A stretch of 64,000 bases of DNA from Phoronis australis (lineage: Eukaryota > Animalia > Phoronida), in NCBI GenBank assembly GCA_002633005.1, contig NMRA01000023.1:608621-672620 (forward strand), written 5' to 3'. Numbering within the stretch: position 1 is the stretch's first letter; the number at the start of each line of letters is the position of its first letter. Positions 52,401-64,000 of the stretch are shown piece by piece. The notes below the pieces were generated by a model that saw only the letters and a program-made list of their open reading frames with translations, was not told the DNA's origin and did not search any database. The translations under genes and the position numbers were made by a program.

Positions 52401-55357
52401 ACCACTACACCACCACGATTTACCTACAAATCTGTTACTAAAAGACCTACTTGTTTATGGTCCACAGCGTTTGCGTGCGAAACCTACTTCTTTTCGTAAT
52501 GCTATACTTTTTATATTTTGTGCCATCAATTCTTAACAAATTTGTTGTATTTTTAAATAGTCTTCAAATGCCCAAAAGACCAAATCCGTTTTTCGTGTTG
52601 GCAATAATGACGGGATTGCTTTGGAAATCGTCTTAAGATAAGGTTTGACAAAGAGAGTATTGCGAGTTTCTGAGTGATTCACTAAGGCTTCGATTAACAT
52701 TCACACCTCACCAGCAGCTTCTGTTTTTTCATCGTCACTCAGGTTCCATTCTCTTTAAATTTTCTTCATTGCACAGTGGAGCAGAAGACAAAAACGGGGT
52801 CGTAGTACGCAGCGCCACTGCCGGTCGCCTGGGATATCGCGGGAAAGCCTATACTTAGCCATAGTTCCGTTACGAATGCGCCGTGTTCCGAATTTGACGC
52901 TTGAAATTGGGTTTGAGCCCCCCAAACTCTAAAACTGCACACATTTAAATCTTTTTTCATCCGTATAATTTTAATTACCGGGGTTAATTAATAAACTCAC
53001 CATTTCCCTAAGCTCTTACTTTTTTATTGTTTATGCGGCAGCCAAGGGGGGGGGGGGGNNNNNNNNNNNNNNNNNNNNNNNNNNGGCACGATTACAGACG
53101 TGACATTGTCTGGTTCCTGAAAGACAGCGTACAGGCTGTGTATGTGCACGTGTTTATGTTAGGTATTCCCGCGAGGGGACAGTATTGAGTTTATCCGAGA
53201 GTTATAAGACACGATTACAAATGTGACTTACATCCTCCGTCTGGTTCCTGAATGACAGTGTATATGTCCCTAACGATCTTCTTTTTGATAGTTGCTTTGA
53301 TCCATTCTTGATATGGGAGATGATGAGAAAGGTCACACGCACTGAAGTGAGGCTAATTTGTACTTGTAGGCTGGTCTAGATGAGTTCATCATGAACGCTG
53401 CCTGTGATTTGATGCACGTACCGGACAAAAGCATGTCCAAGAAACAAGTGAATAACAAACTGTTCAAGATAGGGAAAGGCTTGTCCGAGGCTTTCTCTGA
53501 AGTAAGATCTATTTAAACGTCATTACAAAAATGGGGCTACACAAACGTATGATTTCCGGGCACTCATGGAAAAACGTCAAAAATCTATCTTACAAAACTA
53601 TAGCGCGTTGGTCAAGTTTTTGTCATTCGACATCAACTGGTGTTTTTTAGGAATGCCGGTATTAATTATAGACAGAAATTCCGTAACGTCTTCTGTCCGT
53701 ATGTTACTGAATAAGTTGCGATGTGCCTCAGCTCGACCGGGAGATGCGTTCTAGATGTACATGTACGTTCTATACTTTTAGTCATTGGAAGATGAGTTTG
53801 CAATCCGAATAGAATATGTTCTCTGAATACCATTTACTATTTTAAACCTGTTACCCGTATCACAGTTTATACATTTCTATTAAAAATGACAATCGCCTAT
53901 GATTAGACTTGATCCGAGGAAAAACGTTCAAAATTTCTGTCTGCAGGAACACGTTATTTCAAATGGTGGTGGTCGGCGTGGAGTAAAATCTGTTACCAGC
54001 AAAGTAAGTCTCCCAGTCACGTGTGTACAATAAGTTTCCATTGGGTATGTTTCTATGTACATGCATGATTCTAAGATCGCGCGTATCGTTGGCAGCAGAA
54101 TACCGATTTATTAGTGTAATTATTACCAAATTATTTCAGTAATAATTCTTTAGCCAGTCAGAACCATAATAATAACAGCAATGAATATTTATTACTGTGA
54201 CACTTCTTTATTACTATATATTTATTCCTGGCTTCTGATTGGCTTAAGAATCATTATTGAAATAATTCTATTAGAGTCATTGGGTAAAAAATCGGACCAC
54301 TTTGTCTGTCTCGCAGACACGTTTGCTGGTTGATCAACACTGCTCGCGCACATAATATTTCTGTGCTGGGGGTGTCATTTCTGTGCTCACGAAACATCTC
54401 GCCGATAGAGCTATTGGACTATTTTTGTTGCCGTTTCACTTTTTCAATATGTTAATATTTCTCTCTGCATGCGATTGTCAAGTTTGTTTTAAAAATTAAA
54501 TGTTGATTCTTTATGGATACTCGTGTTCACGGGATCATACATGTAGTATACGCGAGGACATCCGACATGTATTGTTGAGCACAAAGTGAGGTCAACAGTG
54601 TTTCATTGTGCCCTTAAACACACTTCCTTATATGTGCGTTTTTAGCTGATTTTTTGTTTTCATTTCATGGCTTAAAGCTGCCATTCGCCCTATTTAGCTG
54701 GCTAAAAGCAAACATTGAATTGGTCCTTTTACTCTTATGCAATCGGTCTCATAATATTCCTTACCGTGATAGGACCCCATTTACCTAGCCATATCAAGTC
54801 TCAACAAATGACTACGAGCCACTTTCGAAGCTGCAATTTTAAGGTCGACCAACCCCAAGCATTTTCTCGGGTCACTAGTGGTAATGGAAACTTTCACAGT
54901 AAGGAGTATTATGATACCTGCCCATATTTATAAGAGAATAAAGTACATAATTGGATTTTTTAGCCACCTAAACATAATATATTATTATTACCATCATTAT
55001 TATCACTTATCATTACCATTTATCATTATCATTGTCAGTATATTTATTCACAAAATTCTTAAAGAGAATGGTGCGACATTTTCATTGACTGGACTAATTT
55101 TGTTTTGAAAACCTTATAACGTTGTTATATTTGGAGGTCAACAATTTGCAGGAGTTTGCAGCAGTTAGCAGCAGTTTGCTTAAATCTCATTACGTGTATT
55201 TGTGGTGACTGGTAATTTCATTGACTTACTTCTGTTTCAGGATAGTCATTTCAAGGAAAACAATAAAGGTACAAGTGTTGACAAGACTAAAGAAAGGAAT
55301 TTAAAGCAAAAAAAATTCAGCGTACCGCCGACAAGAGGCTCTGGAAGTCGTAACTAA
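34303..55357 (+). CDS. CATSPER4: Cation channel sperm-associated protein 4 (CatSper alpha subunit, 6TM); 5'-most exon(s) unresolved
   Basis: Phase-compatible exons 34303-34437, 36376-36442 (S1), 36843-37005 (S2-S3), 37507-37579 (S4), 37691-37749, 41134-41244 (S5), 41791-41855 (pore [11 protein letters not shown]), 42159-42269 (S6). C-terminal exons: 48878-~49060, 50843-50950 (coiled coil [21 protein letters not shown]), 51216-~51329, 51687-51776, 53370-53501, 53947-54003, 55241-55357 (stop). The TQDGW filter and the AI.ENL..YK.IR..L coil match CATSPER4 as recalled. A possible upstream exon lies at 31247-31292. Confidence 0.88.
35325..35420. repeat. Imperfect ~95-bp palindrome (MITE-like hairpin)
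   Basis: TCCTACACACGTCTCAG...GGCAAAACCTCTTGGAAA|TTTCCAAAAGAGTTTGCC...CTGAGACTCGTGTAGGA. Confidence 0.6.
36376..36442 (+). CDS. CATSPER4: CATSPER4 S1 exon ([22 protein letters not shown])
   Basis: tttag acceptor, CTG|GTAAGT donor. Confidence 0.9.
36843..37005 (+). CDS. CATSPER4: CATSPER4 S2-S3 exon (...[12 protein letters not shown]...[10 protein letters not shown]...)
   Basis: Voltage-sensor-domain motifs E.LLK and WN..DF. Confidence 0.92.
37107..37191. repeat. Perfect 41-bp-arm palindrome with a 3-nt loop in a CATSPER4 intron
   Basis: 37107-37147 is the exact reverse complement of 37151-37191. Confidence 0.95.
37507..37749 (+). CDS. CATSPER4: CATSPER4 S4 exon (37507-37579) and S4-S5 linker exon (37691-37749)
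   Basis: [37 protein letters not shown]; canonical splice sites. Confidence 0.9.
41134..42269 (+). CDS. CATSPER4: CATSPER4 S5, pore and S6 exons (41134-41244, 41791-41855, 42159-42269)
   Basis: [25 protein letters not shown]...FGD; [21 protein letters not shown]; [17 protein letters not shown]. Confidence 0.92.
42515..47437 (+). mobile_element. Decayed Academ (AcademX-type) DNA transposon in a CATSPER4 intron: transposase, XPG/PIN-like nuclease and Cys-rich finger remnants
   Basis: Terminal inverted repeats TGGTCCAGTCATTCTA / TAGAATGACTGGACTA extending imperfectly ~160 bp. Fragmented motifs [67 protein letters not shown]...[25 protein letters not shown]...[11 protein letters not shown] and terminal Cys cluster. 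Many stops and frameshifts. Superfamily assigned from recalled domain architecture and TAG..CTA termini. Confidence 0.8.
46705..47290. repeat. Diverged ~290-bp tandem duplication in the right subterminal region of the Academ element
   Basis: GGTGGAAGTAATCATTAG...GAAGCAAGACGACACACTAA...GGCCATCTTGGAAAATGGC...TTGACCCACAAAA occurs twice. Confidence 0.8.
50843..50950 (+). CDS. CATSPER4: CATSPER4 C-terminal coiled-coil exon
   Basis: [36 protein letters not shown]; ttcag acceptor, AAG|GTTAGT donor. Confidence 0.85.
52353..52416 (-). mobile_element. tRNA-derived SINE head / tRNA-like pseudogene
   Basis: Minus strand GGTGGTGTAGTGGTTA...GGTCGGGAGTTCGAGTCTTTGG has Pol III A box (TGGTGTAGTGG) and B box (GTTCGAGTC); no clean acceptor or anticodon stems. 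Confidence 0.5.
53059..53084. other. Assembly gap (N-run after poly-G); other Ns at 4420, 26913 and 40122-40138 (within a (CA)n repeat)
   Basis: N characters in the sequence. Confidence 0.98.
54100..54295. repeat. Imperfect palindromic MITE-like element (AGCCAGTCAGAA / TTCTGATTGGCT arms)
   Basis: AATTATTTCAGTAATAATTCTTTAGCCAGTCAGAA pairs with TTCTGATTGGCTTAAGAATCATTATTGAAATAATT. Confidence 0.6.
54735..54930 (+). repeat. Old interspersed repeat; second copy at ~56415-56630
   Basis: ATCGGTCTC(A/G)TAATATTC(C/G)TTACCGTG and later GTCACT..TGGT blocks are shared. Confidence 0.55.
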
Positions 55358-55610
55358 TATCAGCTGGAATGGGTTTACCCTGCCAATCTTGATTCAATGC
55401 AATATTATTTGATAGAGTTGGTGAATAACCAATAACGTGTTGACCACACTATCACTGTTACAAGGTTTAGTGTTTGTCGCTTATGGGTTGGACAGTTTAG
55501 TTGTTGCAATTTAATATCAACTCAGTTTCATTGAGAGACTAATACATGCTTGGATTCTTGTCTGATGTTTATTGAAAAGTTCACCTGTCTCTAACCAATT
55601 CAACACGGCT

Positions 55611-58600
55611 TTATTGCTCAGGTTTGGTAGTAGAGCCTTCCTCTGTCGGTCTTACAGGTTTGCAAAAGGCAGGGCGGATGGTGTTATCTTTGCAGTAGGC
55701 CTGGTAGAAGAAACACCTGCAAGGATAAGATACTTTGAATGATTGTGACCTGAATACAAGTACTGTAGGTGTGCTCATGTAATCTCGTGTGAAATAAGAC
55801 ATTTGTTTTATCTATCAAAGGAATACTTATTAAGGGTACTGCAAACCGTCATCCTGTAAAAAATACTTCTGCCTTAGGGTGCATGCCGTTTTTTAAACTG
55901 GTCTCTTGTTCTTGCTCACTCAGAAAAGAATGGATTTTCTTGGATTGGGAAGCAACTACAGTTCGTTACCACTTCAGACCGGGCTCGTCAAGTTTGCTTA
56001 AACTCAGGCTAGTTGGAGTTTAGAAAATGGGCGCACCCAGCCTGTAAAATGGGGGAAGGCTCTAATTTTTTGAGAACAATGTGGGCTTTTTACTGAAAAC
56101 AATTAGTAGTTTCTGCCTTTTTAGTGGATTTTTGTTTCGTTTTCTACTTTTTTGGAGTTTTTGTTTCCCTGAGGCGGACGTTTTTGCCCACTTAGCGAAA
56201 TAAGAGGTTCGTTCGAGCCCTCCGAGCCCCCTTCGGTGGGCGCGTGTAGAACACGGCCTCCTTGCTCATTCACATAAATCATTCCCAAGGCTGACACAAA
56301 AGTTTAGGTCACGAACCAGTTTGAGCTGCACAAAGACAGAATCTTTTATATCACAGAGACAGCTGCGTTTCCCTAAATTATTGCAGTACACTTAAGATGC
56401 TGATTTTGCCCATATAAATCGGTCTCGTAATATTCGTTACCGTGGCAGCAATCTACTTCCGATATCATCTAAAGCCACAGGCAATGTGTACATGTGCCAT
56501 TTTCGAATGCACAGATTTTGGGTTGGCCAACTGCAATAAGCTCCAAAGCGTTTCCTGGAGTCACTGATGGTTTTGATGTTGTTGTTTTAAGGGAACACGG
56601 AAGGGAATATTACGAGATCACATCTATGAGAGTGAGAGACCTAATTCGATTTTTCGTTTTTTTATCCAGCTGAACAGAGCGAATGCAGCGTTAAGTGCGC
56701 ACAGTTTTGCAGTGAAGAAGGTGCTGAAATCTTCACTTCACACTGATTCAAGGAACACCAACAAAAATGAACAGTACAGATTACAGCAATTACGAAGTAA
56801 CGCGCAAAATAACGTGATTACTAAACCAGCATGAGCACAGCATACTTTTACGGACTTCGTATAAGGTTCATTCACTGTTTTTACCAACGTTTGGATAGTC
56901 AAGGACGTTTCTTAACACGCCCGCTTTACTAATTCAAAGCAGGCAAATTAGCTTTTGAAACAACACAAACCTACATTAGTTTTATCAAATGTTTACACTC
57001 GTACCTGTTGTCGTACACATTCTGGTCCGAGTCACACATTTTGGTGAAGACGTTACTTCTGCTCTTGGTGCAGTCCTGCTTCAACCAGTAGTCTTTGCAG
57101 CTATCGAAAGGGGGCGGTCTGGTGGGCAGCTCCTCGCACGTGCTGCCTCTAGCCTTGACGTAGACTTTAGGAGCTCTGTAGGGTCCGAACTTGGCGACAT
57201 CATTACAGCGAGCTTGGTGGAACTCACAGCTGAAAGCAAATGCCAAGGGTCGGTCTGTTATGGTCTTCAACGTCAGGTAAACTGAACACGCAAAGACAGA
57301 TTACTGACTGCCTAACCTATACCGGAGAGTTTTCGTTCAATTATGTTAAAGCGGCATTAAACCTGTGGTTTTTGTCAAAATACTTTGATTAAGACCACAT
57401 AACGAGATGTAGTTGGTCTCGTTCCTCGTTCAGAAGCGATTTCTGAACTCGGGGCCGTGACCAAAAGTTGTATAAGCTTGGTTTGAAGAAGTAACGTTTT
57501 TTCCAAGACTAGAAATCACACTTATTTTGACTTTAGGACAACTTGAGACCAGGTCCATAACAGTAAGTGGTCTATACCCATTGTTGACAAAATTACAGGT
57601 TTAATATCGGTGGTAAATGAATTCCTGTTAGTGATAAAGCCATACTTTATTTGATCTAAAGTCACGAGACATTCAGTGAAACATTTTCAAGCCAAGAAAA
57701 CATATGAATATAAGTTCTCAGTTTAACAGAGTTTGCCACACATGCCGTTTATAAGCAAGAAGAAAGCCGTTAGGCTTTTCCGTAACATATAGATGTCACA
57801 AAGTCGGTGCAACACGAATTAGTGCCAACACTAGAATGGAACATCCTGGTATTCATTGAATAAAGGACCCGTATGTTGGCGTTGTATAAACGTAGGACAC
57901 TGAGCCCGGAGGTCTCTTTTTAATGTTGATCACGATCCGACGAAAACTGTTGACGTCAGAGCCCAGAAAATCTAGTACACACATTTTCTAAACTAAAAAA
58001 CTGAAACTGAAATCCACCATCGTTCTGATATCAACGGGTAATTTGCGGTTATGTTTTACTTATATTTTTGAGTTACATGACCTTATGAATGATTAATGTC
58101 ACATACATCACAAAAAGCTGCTCAGGCAGACGTGAACGACATCGTATCGTCACGAGTATAACTTTGTACGCTAACAGGTGTAGCAGGTGGTAGTTTTTGC
58201 GACAGGGAAATGCTCAAATTTTTGTTAGTCCTATTTGAAATACTGTTTTAGAGTGTTTGCGGAATCGTAGTATTTACGACACTTGATGAATTTTATCTCG
58301 CTTTCCAGACTGGGCCCACCCTCGCCAACCCTGATTCTTATCATGCCAAACATTTGGAAACCTGCTTAAAAAAACAGTGCGAAGTAAACAACCTGTCAAA
58401 TTGTTTAAAAATTTTAGGTACTTTCAAGTGATTTTTTTCGAAGAGTAAAAACAGGAAAAGAACCTTGATTTTTTTGTTCATGTTGACATACAAGGGCACT
58501 TCCGTTTGCGGCAGGAAGCGAAAGAGTACCGCCTCTCTGGGTTGTTCCTAAGTCGTAATTACAATGACGAATACTGCGGAAAGCTAGAAACAGCCATTCT

Positions 58601-61600
58601 CGTTTAAAGTCACACAATCTGTTCTAAGGTGAAAATATGCATTATTGAGATTAGTGTTGTGTAGGGTGGACTTCTTGGGTTATCACCTTTAAACAGAGCT
58701 ATTTTTGAAACAACAAAATAAGCTATGTTTTGTGAACTTATAAGTCGCGCAGATTCCCTTCATTGGCGTCTAGTCATTCGGGTGATTTCAAATACCTCAC
58801 ATTGTCACCGATAATATCACTTGAATGCCTACATGCTTCATGAACGACGCGAGCAATGGGATGAGTTGTTTATTCATGTGGAGAATCATGTAGCAGATCA
58901 CACACGCTTCAACATTGACGCTGCCGGTGAGTGTGCACTCTTGGTAAAACAGCTTTACTTACCCGCGTCATTTCAAAACTTGAATTATTCCTCCTGGCAC
59001 ACGCAAAATCAATACAAAACAAGGCCCACCGTTGAAATACCTTCTGTACATTTGCAACTCATACAAGGTAGTCTTTACAAGAGCCTAGTGTTTTACGACT
59101 GCTTATAGAAATGTCTTCTGTACGTTTGCAACGAATAGTCATAGCAAGAACCTGTTTCACTCCTAAAAGGCGTAATTCAGAAATTCCTTCCTGCTGATAA
59201 CATAACTATTTCCTAAAATGGTGTAACTCCAATGCAGTAAAATACATTTAGCTTTTGGAAACATACCAAAATGCTAATCAACCCGGTAATCTTTATACAC
59301 GTACATTATTGTAGAACTGTCATTCATTAACAAAATGCAAACTGTTAACTCAAAATACGTTAAATAGTAGTGAAAGTTCAAGTGCTTGACCTATGCCCCC
59401 AGTCATTTTTTTTCAATAAAAAAACAAAACAAATTGTGATGAGCCTAGAGAGTGCAATCTTATTTCAACACAGGCTTAGATCATTAACAGGCTACCAAAC
59501 AGGCGAGAATCTGTTGATTTACGGTTTTAGTCGCTGCAAGGAAAATTATAGAAAATATTGTGCAGGCAATTCTTAGCTGTATTGACTAGTCATATCGGAC
59601 TGTGTAAGACTAATTTCTTACAAGTTTGGTGAGATTATGCGAGTCTTCGCGAGATATGCTATGCTCCTTGTGCGGTACGTGATCTCACGTGCTTTTAAAC
59701 AACCTTCGCTACCGAGGTGTAAAATGATCAATGTGTCATATGTATAATGTACATGTACTCATATCACCTCTACCTAACGTAGTTTGATTCGGAAACTTAC
59801 TAATTCTTGTAGGTCTTCATGTCTGAGCCGCACAGCGGTTTGCTGTTTTCGTCACATTTCAGGTACTTCGCTGCCCATTGTTCTGAGCACTTGTCTTGTA
59901 GGGGCGGAAGTGTTGGTTTGTCGTCACAGTGCCCGTGATAGATCCAGTGAAGGGCGTGGCCCAATAAACATTCGGCTTTCGCTTTTTCGCATCTGGAACA
60001 CAGAGACCGGTAAAGGAGACGAACTGATAGGACTGATTCCCTTATATTCTGAACAAGAGCAACGCAAAACATTGGGATACGCGCAAGATGGTGTCGAAAA
60101 CGGTTTGCCCCTAGAGAAGTTCATTGGTACCAAAAATAAAAAACTTCATCGCCTTCCTCACAGGAACACGTTTGCAAAATTTTATGAAAATCCGTCCAAG
60201 ACCTCCAAAGAGATAAAAACGGCCATGAAAATAGAATGTGACAAAGCGGTGGTCGTATACGTCCGAAAAATGCTGTCGTCAGTTGTATTTGTTATAATTT
60301 CCTTCAACGAGTTTAAGATATACTGCCGTGAATGCAAATTACCACAAATGTTCCTGTGGGAAGTTTGACGCATAGGGAAGCTGACGCTAAACATCCCCTG
60401 GTCTACTTAATAGAAACCCATTTGCCAAACTTCATGAATTTCTGTCAAGGACGACACAGGTGTAAACGTAAAAAATCAATTAAAAACTGTCCCAAGGGGA
60501 CACATATATAGTCAGTTGTGTCCGGAAGTCGTCGTCATTTGTTGTGGCATTCATGAAAACACTTGCCAAACTTCACATACATCTTGCAAGGGTTAAAGAG
60601 ATAGCAGCTGTGGACAAAAAAATTCTTTCCAGGTAGCACCACGATAATTAGACCAGTTCGAAACTCAGCGTCAGTTGGTGTCTTCTCAGCAGCAGGGACA
60701 CATCTGCTAGTTTCCATAATGATTCTTGAAGCGGTTTAGCAGAACCATAGGTGGATGGCAAGAAATGTAAACAAATAAACTTGACCACTGGGTGGCATAG
60801 AATACGTGGGATGTATCCCGAAATTGGAAAAAAACGTTGTCCCCTTCATAGAAGCCCTTTTGTCACATATTATGAAAATCTGTCCAGAAACTAGAAAATG
60901 AGGGGTAAACGTAAATTAACTAAATTTGACACTAGGGAGCGCTGCGGTGTCAGTTCTTTCCAAAAGTCGTCGTCATACGTTGAAATATCGAAAATTCCTC
61001 AAGTTCCTGGAACGGGGGACATAAAAAATACCAAAAAGACCACAGTAGTCGGGGCGGTCCGAAAATCAACGTCAGACGTAGACTTTATGGTGGGAACAAA
61101 TCTACATGGTGCCAAATTTGTTAAATCCCCCTGAAAATTGGAAGAAGTCGTAGTCTCCTAAAAATTTCCATTTACCAAATTTCATGAAAATCCATCAAGG
61201 GACTCCTAATATACAGGACAAACGTAGACAAAAATGCCACTAAGGGTCACAGTGGTAGCCAAATCGGTGTGAAACTCATTTTTATCTGTCGTAAGAACCC
61301 CCATGACAAATCTCATCAAGATCCTGCAGAGGGTTTAGGAGATCCCGACTCGCGTACGACCGGTCAGAGATGACGGAATATGCATTCACATATGTATACG
61401 TAGGCGCATAAAAAGGTGAGGTTTCCAGATATTTAAAATCGACTGAAAACAATTTAAAGAGGCACAAAACAGCAACTCTTTATAATGAGGTTAAAGATCA
61501 TCCTTTACCAGACCCACACACACACAATCTGATTTCCGCGTTACTATAGAAACTAGGTTGCCTTGACAAACAGTGGATCTTCCCCGATTGCTTTATTGTT

Positions 61601-62796
61601 GTAAGTGGTCGACTAGGATCTAACGCTAACTAGAAAACATTTGCTTGTACAGTACATGTATAAACTCCATCACCGAAATCAAGGAATTGCAGAATAGAAA
61701 AAAAGGATGTATAGAACTTACGTGCTGTTGTATGTAACGCCGTTGTCAGCGCAGTGGGGTCCTACGTGAGCATCAAGTTTGTCGAACTTGTCACAGTCTA
61801 CTTTGCTCATGAGTTCACAATATTTTGACTTTGTCTGCGCGGCCACAACTGGAAGATTATGCCGAGAAATTTTAGGATACGAAAATATTAAAAATCACCA
61901 ATACACTATTTATCTTCATTCATATGAGGTGATAGAGGGAGAGTACTGCTTGCGGTGTTTAAGAGTAGGAGTCTTAAAGTTTGGGTTTGAAATGAATATA
62001 TTTGCATCACGGAGTCACCTTTTGTACGAAAAACGTTGATTTCTTAGGATGTAAGAACAGACACATAGATATGTTTTGAATGTAAAATCGTCTGATGTCC
62101 TAAATTATGTGAAAAATCAGTGATTTATTAAACTTATTATGAGGTTCTGAGATTTATCCATTAATTTGCCGTCTTGAATTTCTCAGGGGTTAGTGCCTAC
62201 AAGTTTTCTAAAACATGCAACCAGCTATGGATACTCAACGGTGACGCATACTACACGTGGCAGTCACGTTTCAAAGTTATAAACGAATAAACTGCACTTC
62301 AGGAAAATCTAACAATTAAATGTTAAACCCGATTTGAATAGAATATTTCGAAAAGCTTAGATTCCAAATCTGTTAAAACACATAGAATTAAACGATGATT
62401 GTGGACTCCCCTTACAAACTGACGCAATTACTAAGCTCATAACTCAAAAACAAAATTGATTTAGGCGTACCGGCCCATATCACGGATATAACCCGGTAGC
62501 GTTCCTTAGAAGCAAAGCACTTGCGAAAAAGCAACATCACTGTGAAATCACGAGAGTGTTTCGCGAACATGGTCGGAACATTGCTATCGCGCAGGAGCAA
62601 ACAGGTGGCCACCGAAATGATTAATCAGCGTGGATGGAATTTTGAATCAAAATTCACTGCCACCATTCCATAAGTAAAGAGTTCTCACCGCAAATGCCTT
62701 GCGATTGTCTTGTGTTTATGGAACTTATCCCCGATATAGAGCCGCTAAAGACAACTTACCGGCCAACGCCAGGGATGCAACGATCAACTTCAACAT
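55611..62796 (-). CDS. Secreted three-domain Kazal-type protein (serine protease inhibitor-like), 228 aa
   Basis: Five phase-compatible exons on -: 62760-62796 (signal MLKLIVASLALA), 61722-61848, 59801-59992, 57005-57229, 55611-55716 (stop); total 687 nt. Three six-Cys domains with PHCADNGVTYNSTC, PLCGSDMKTYKNYC and KMCDSDQNVYDNRC cores. Confidence 0.88.
60052..61530 (+). mobile_element. Non-autonomous element with internal degenerate tandem units ending in (CA)n (HINE/Helentron-like), in a Kazal-gene intron
   Basis: Starts AACAAGAGCAACGC; recurring (TG)CCAAA(T/C)TTCATGAA.ATC and GACCACT.GG motifs; ends CAGACCCACACACACAC. Related in style to 2888-4600. Confidence 0.5.
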
Positions 62797-64000
62797 GATG
62801 GAGACGATGTGGATGATGGTGCAAATGCTCACAGTGCTTTAAATTCATGGCATTGATCGTGGGCAGTTTGGGTGCGCCCAAAAGAGAGGGGGTAGAGGAA
62901 TGACGAATGGTGAACGTAATGAAGAAGTGACTAAAGTGAGTGTCTCGGTCAAAAACACCCCCTAATGACAGTGCAAAATATTTGACCAACCAAAATTGAC
63001 TTATGCAAAGTAGGTACCTTCGCTACAAAGGGTCACACTTCTTTAGATATCTGTGGAAATACAACTCGTCACCCATTGAACCATATGTTTTTCAATTCCT
63101 AGATGATCACAAAAAAACCATCATGCGCACCAAACCAATGCTTTAGTGTCTTTATCTACGTGCTTGTGTTTTTCTTGAAAATGCGATATATCTGCATTTG
63201 GCGCGGGGTAAGTCGCAGCTGCATGTAAGCGACAGATTTTGCACGGATCTTGAGCGTTATACCTCTATCTTTTGGGGTCTGGAAAACTAGCAAAGCCTTT
63301 TTAGAATAAAAACCCACTCAGCAAATATCAAGACCACGATGAAATTACCGAGGTCTTATATCTCTACTTCGTTGGCCTTTGCTTGCTGCATGTAAAAGTT
63401 TTCTCTTCCAACGTGTCCGCCTATTCACGCGAATTTCTCTCGCGTAGCTCGCTCACGTATAGTCTTGCCAGACTTAAGTCTCGACGAATTCCGAGCGAAA
63501 TGTAATTGCTTCCTGGAGAATTGTGTTGTCGACAGCAGCGCACGGTATCGTTTTGGTCAAAAAAGTAAATTACAACTTCTCTATTTAACGAAATATGTCC
63601 GTCCGAGTGGTGTCGTCGTAGCGACTAGTTATAGATGTTGTTGTCTAGATTGACCCTTTTTTTGGAATCGTCCTGTTAGAAATGAGGTTACGGCGAGGTG
63701 ATGCAAAACAACCACCGTCAGACACACTTGGCGCTTCCCAAGTAGATACGATAGATTAAAATGTCTCCCGCTGAGCCGATAACGCGCCTATACCCTGTCT
63801 TCCACGACCAGCCGCCATCGTGATTTCTGCCTCACGAATCTTACTTTAAATATTTTCATTTCCGGTTTGGTATTACCTCGGTAGATGTGACTTCAAAGTA
63901 CAATTCCTGGGGTCAGTGACAATAAAATAAACATTTCATTAGCGGGCTTACTAATTCCTAACCCGAATATTAGACCAGTTGTTACTCAATTAGTCCAGGC

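Noticed and set aside
59784-60368. 194-aa + strand ORF
   Set aside because: Antisense to a Kazal exon and running into a repeat element; no motifs.

Overview
Eukaryotic, AT-rich, intron-containing genomic DNA from an animal, probably a marine invertebrate (inferred from gene and repeat content; the species cannot be determined). Most of the supplied ORFs are spurious. Splicing by hand gives four protein-coding genes. (1) A + strand single-pass membrane protein with divergent CUB-like domains and a degenerate LDLa-like motif (~7.7-18.6 kb). (2) A - strand CFAP97D2-like (KIAA1430/Hemingway domain) gene with a 561-aa Ser/Lys/Glu-rich tail (19.9-28.2 kb). (3) A + strand CATSPER4 sperm Ca2+ channel subunit with a TQDGW pore and a six-arginine S4 (<=34.3-55.4 kb), head-to-head with gene 2. 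(4) A - strand secreted triple-Kazal protein (55.6-62.8 kb), tail-to-tail with CATSPER4. Introns and spacers contain a decayed AcademX-type DNA transposon, a decayed L2/CR1-group LINE, an L1/Tx1-like 3' remnant, MITE-like and foldback repeats, a tRNA-derived SINE-like head, microsatellites and assembly gaps. The best candidate for a new system is a possible sperm/flagellar gene cluster arranged around a palindromic element in the CFAP97D2-like/CATSPER4 spacer. That is a hypothesis, not something the sequence proves.
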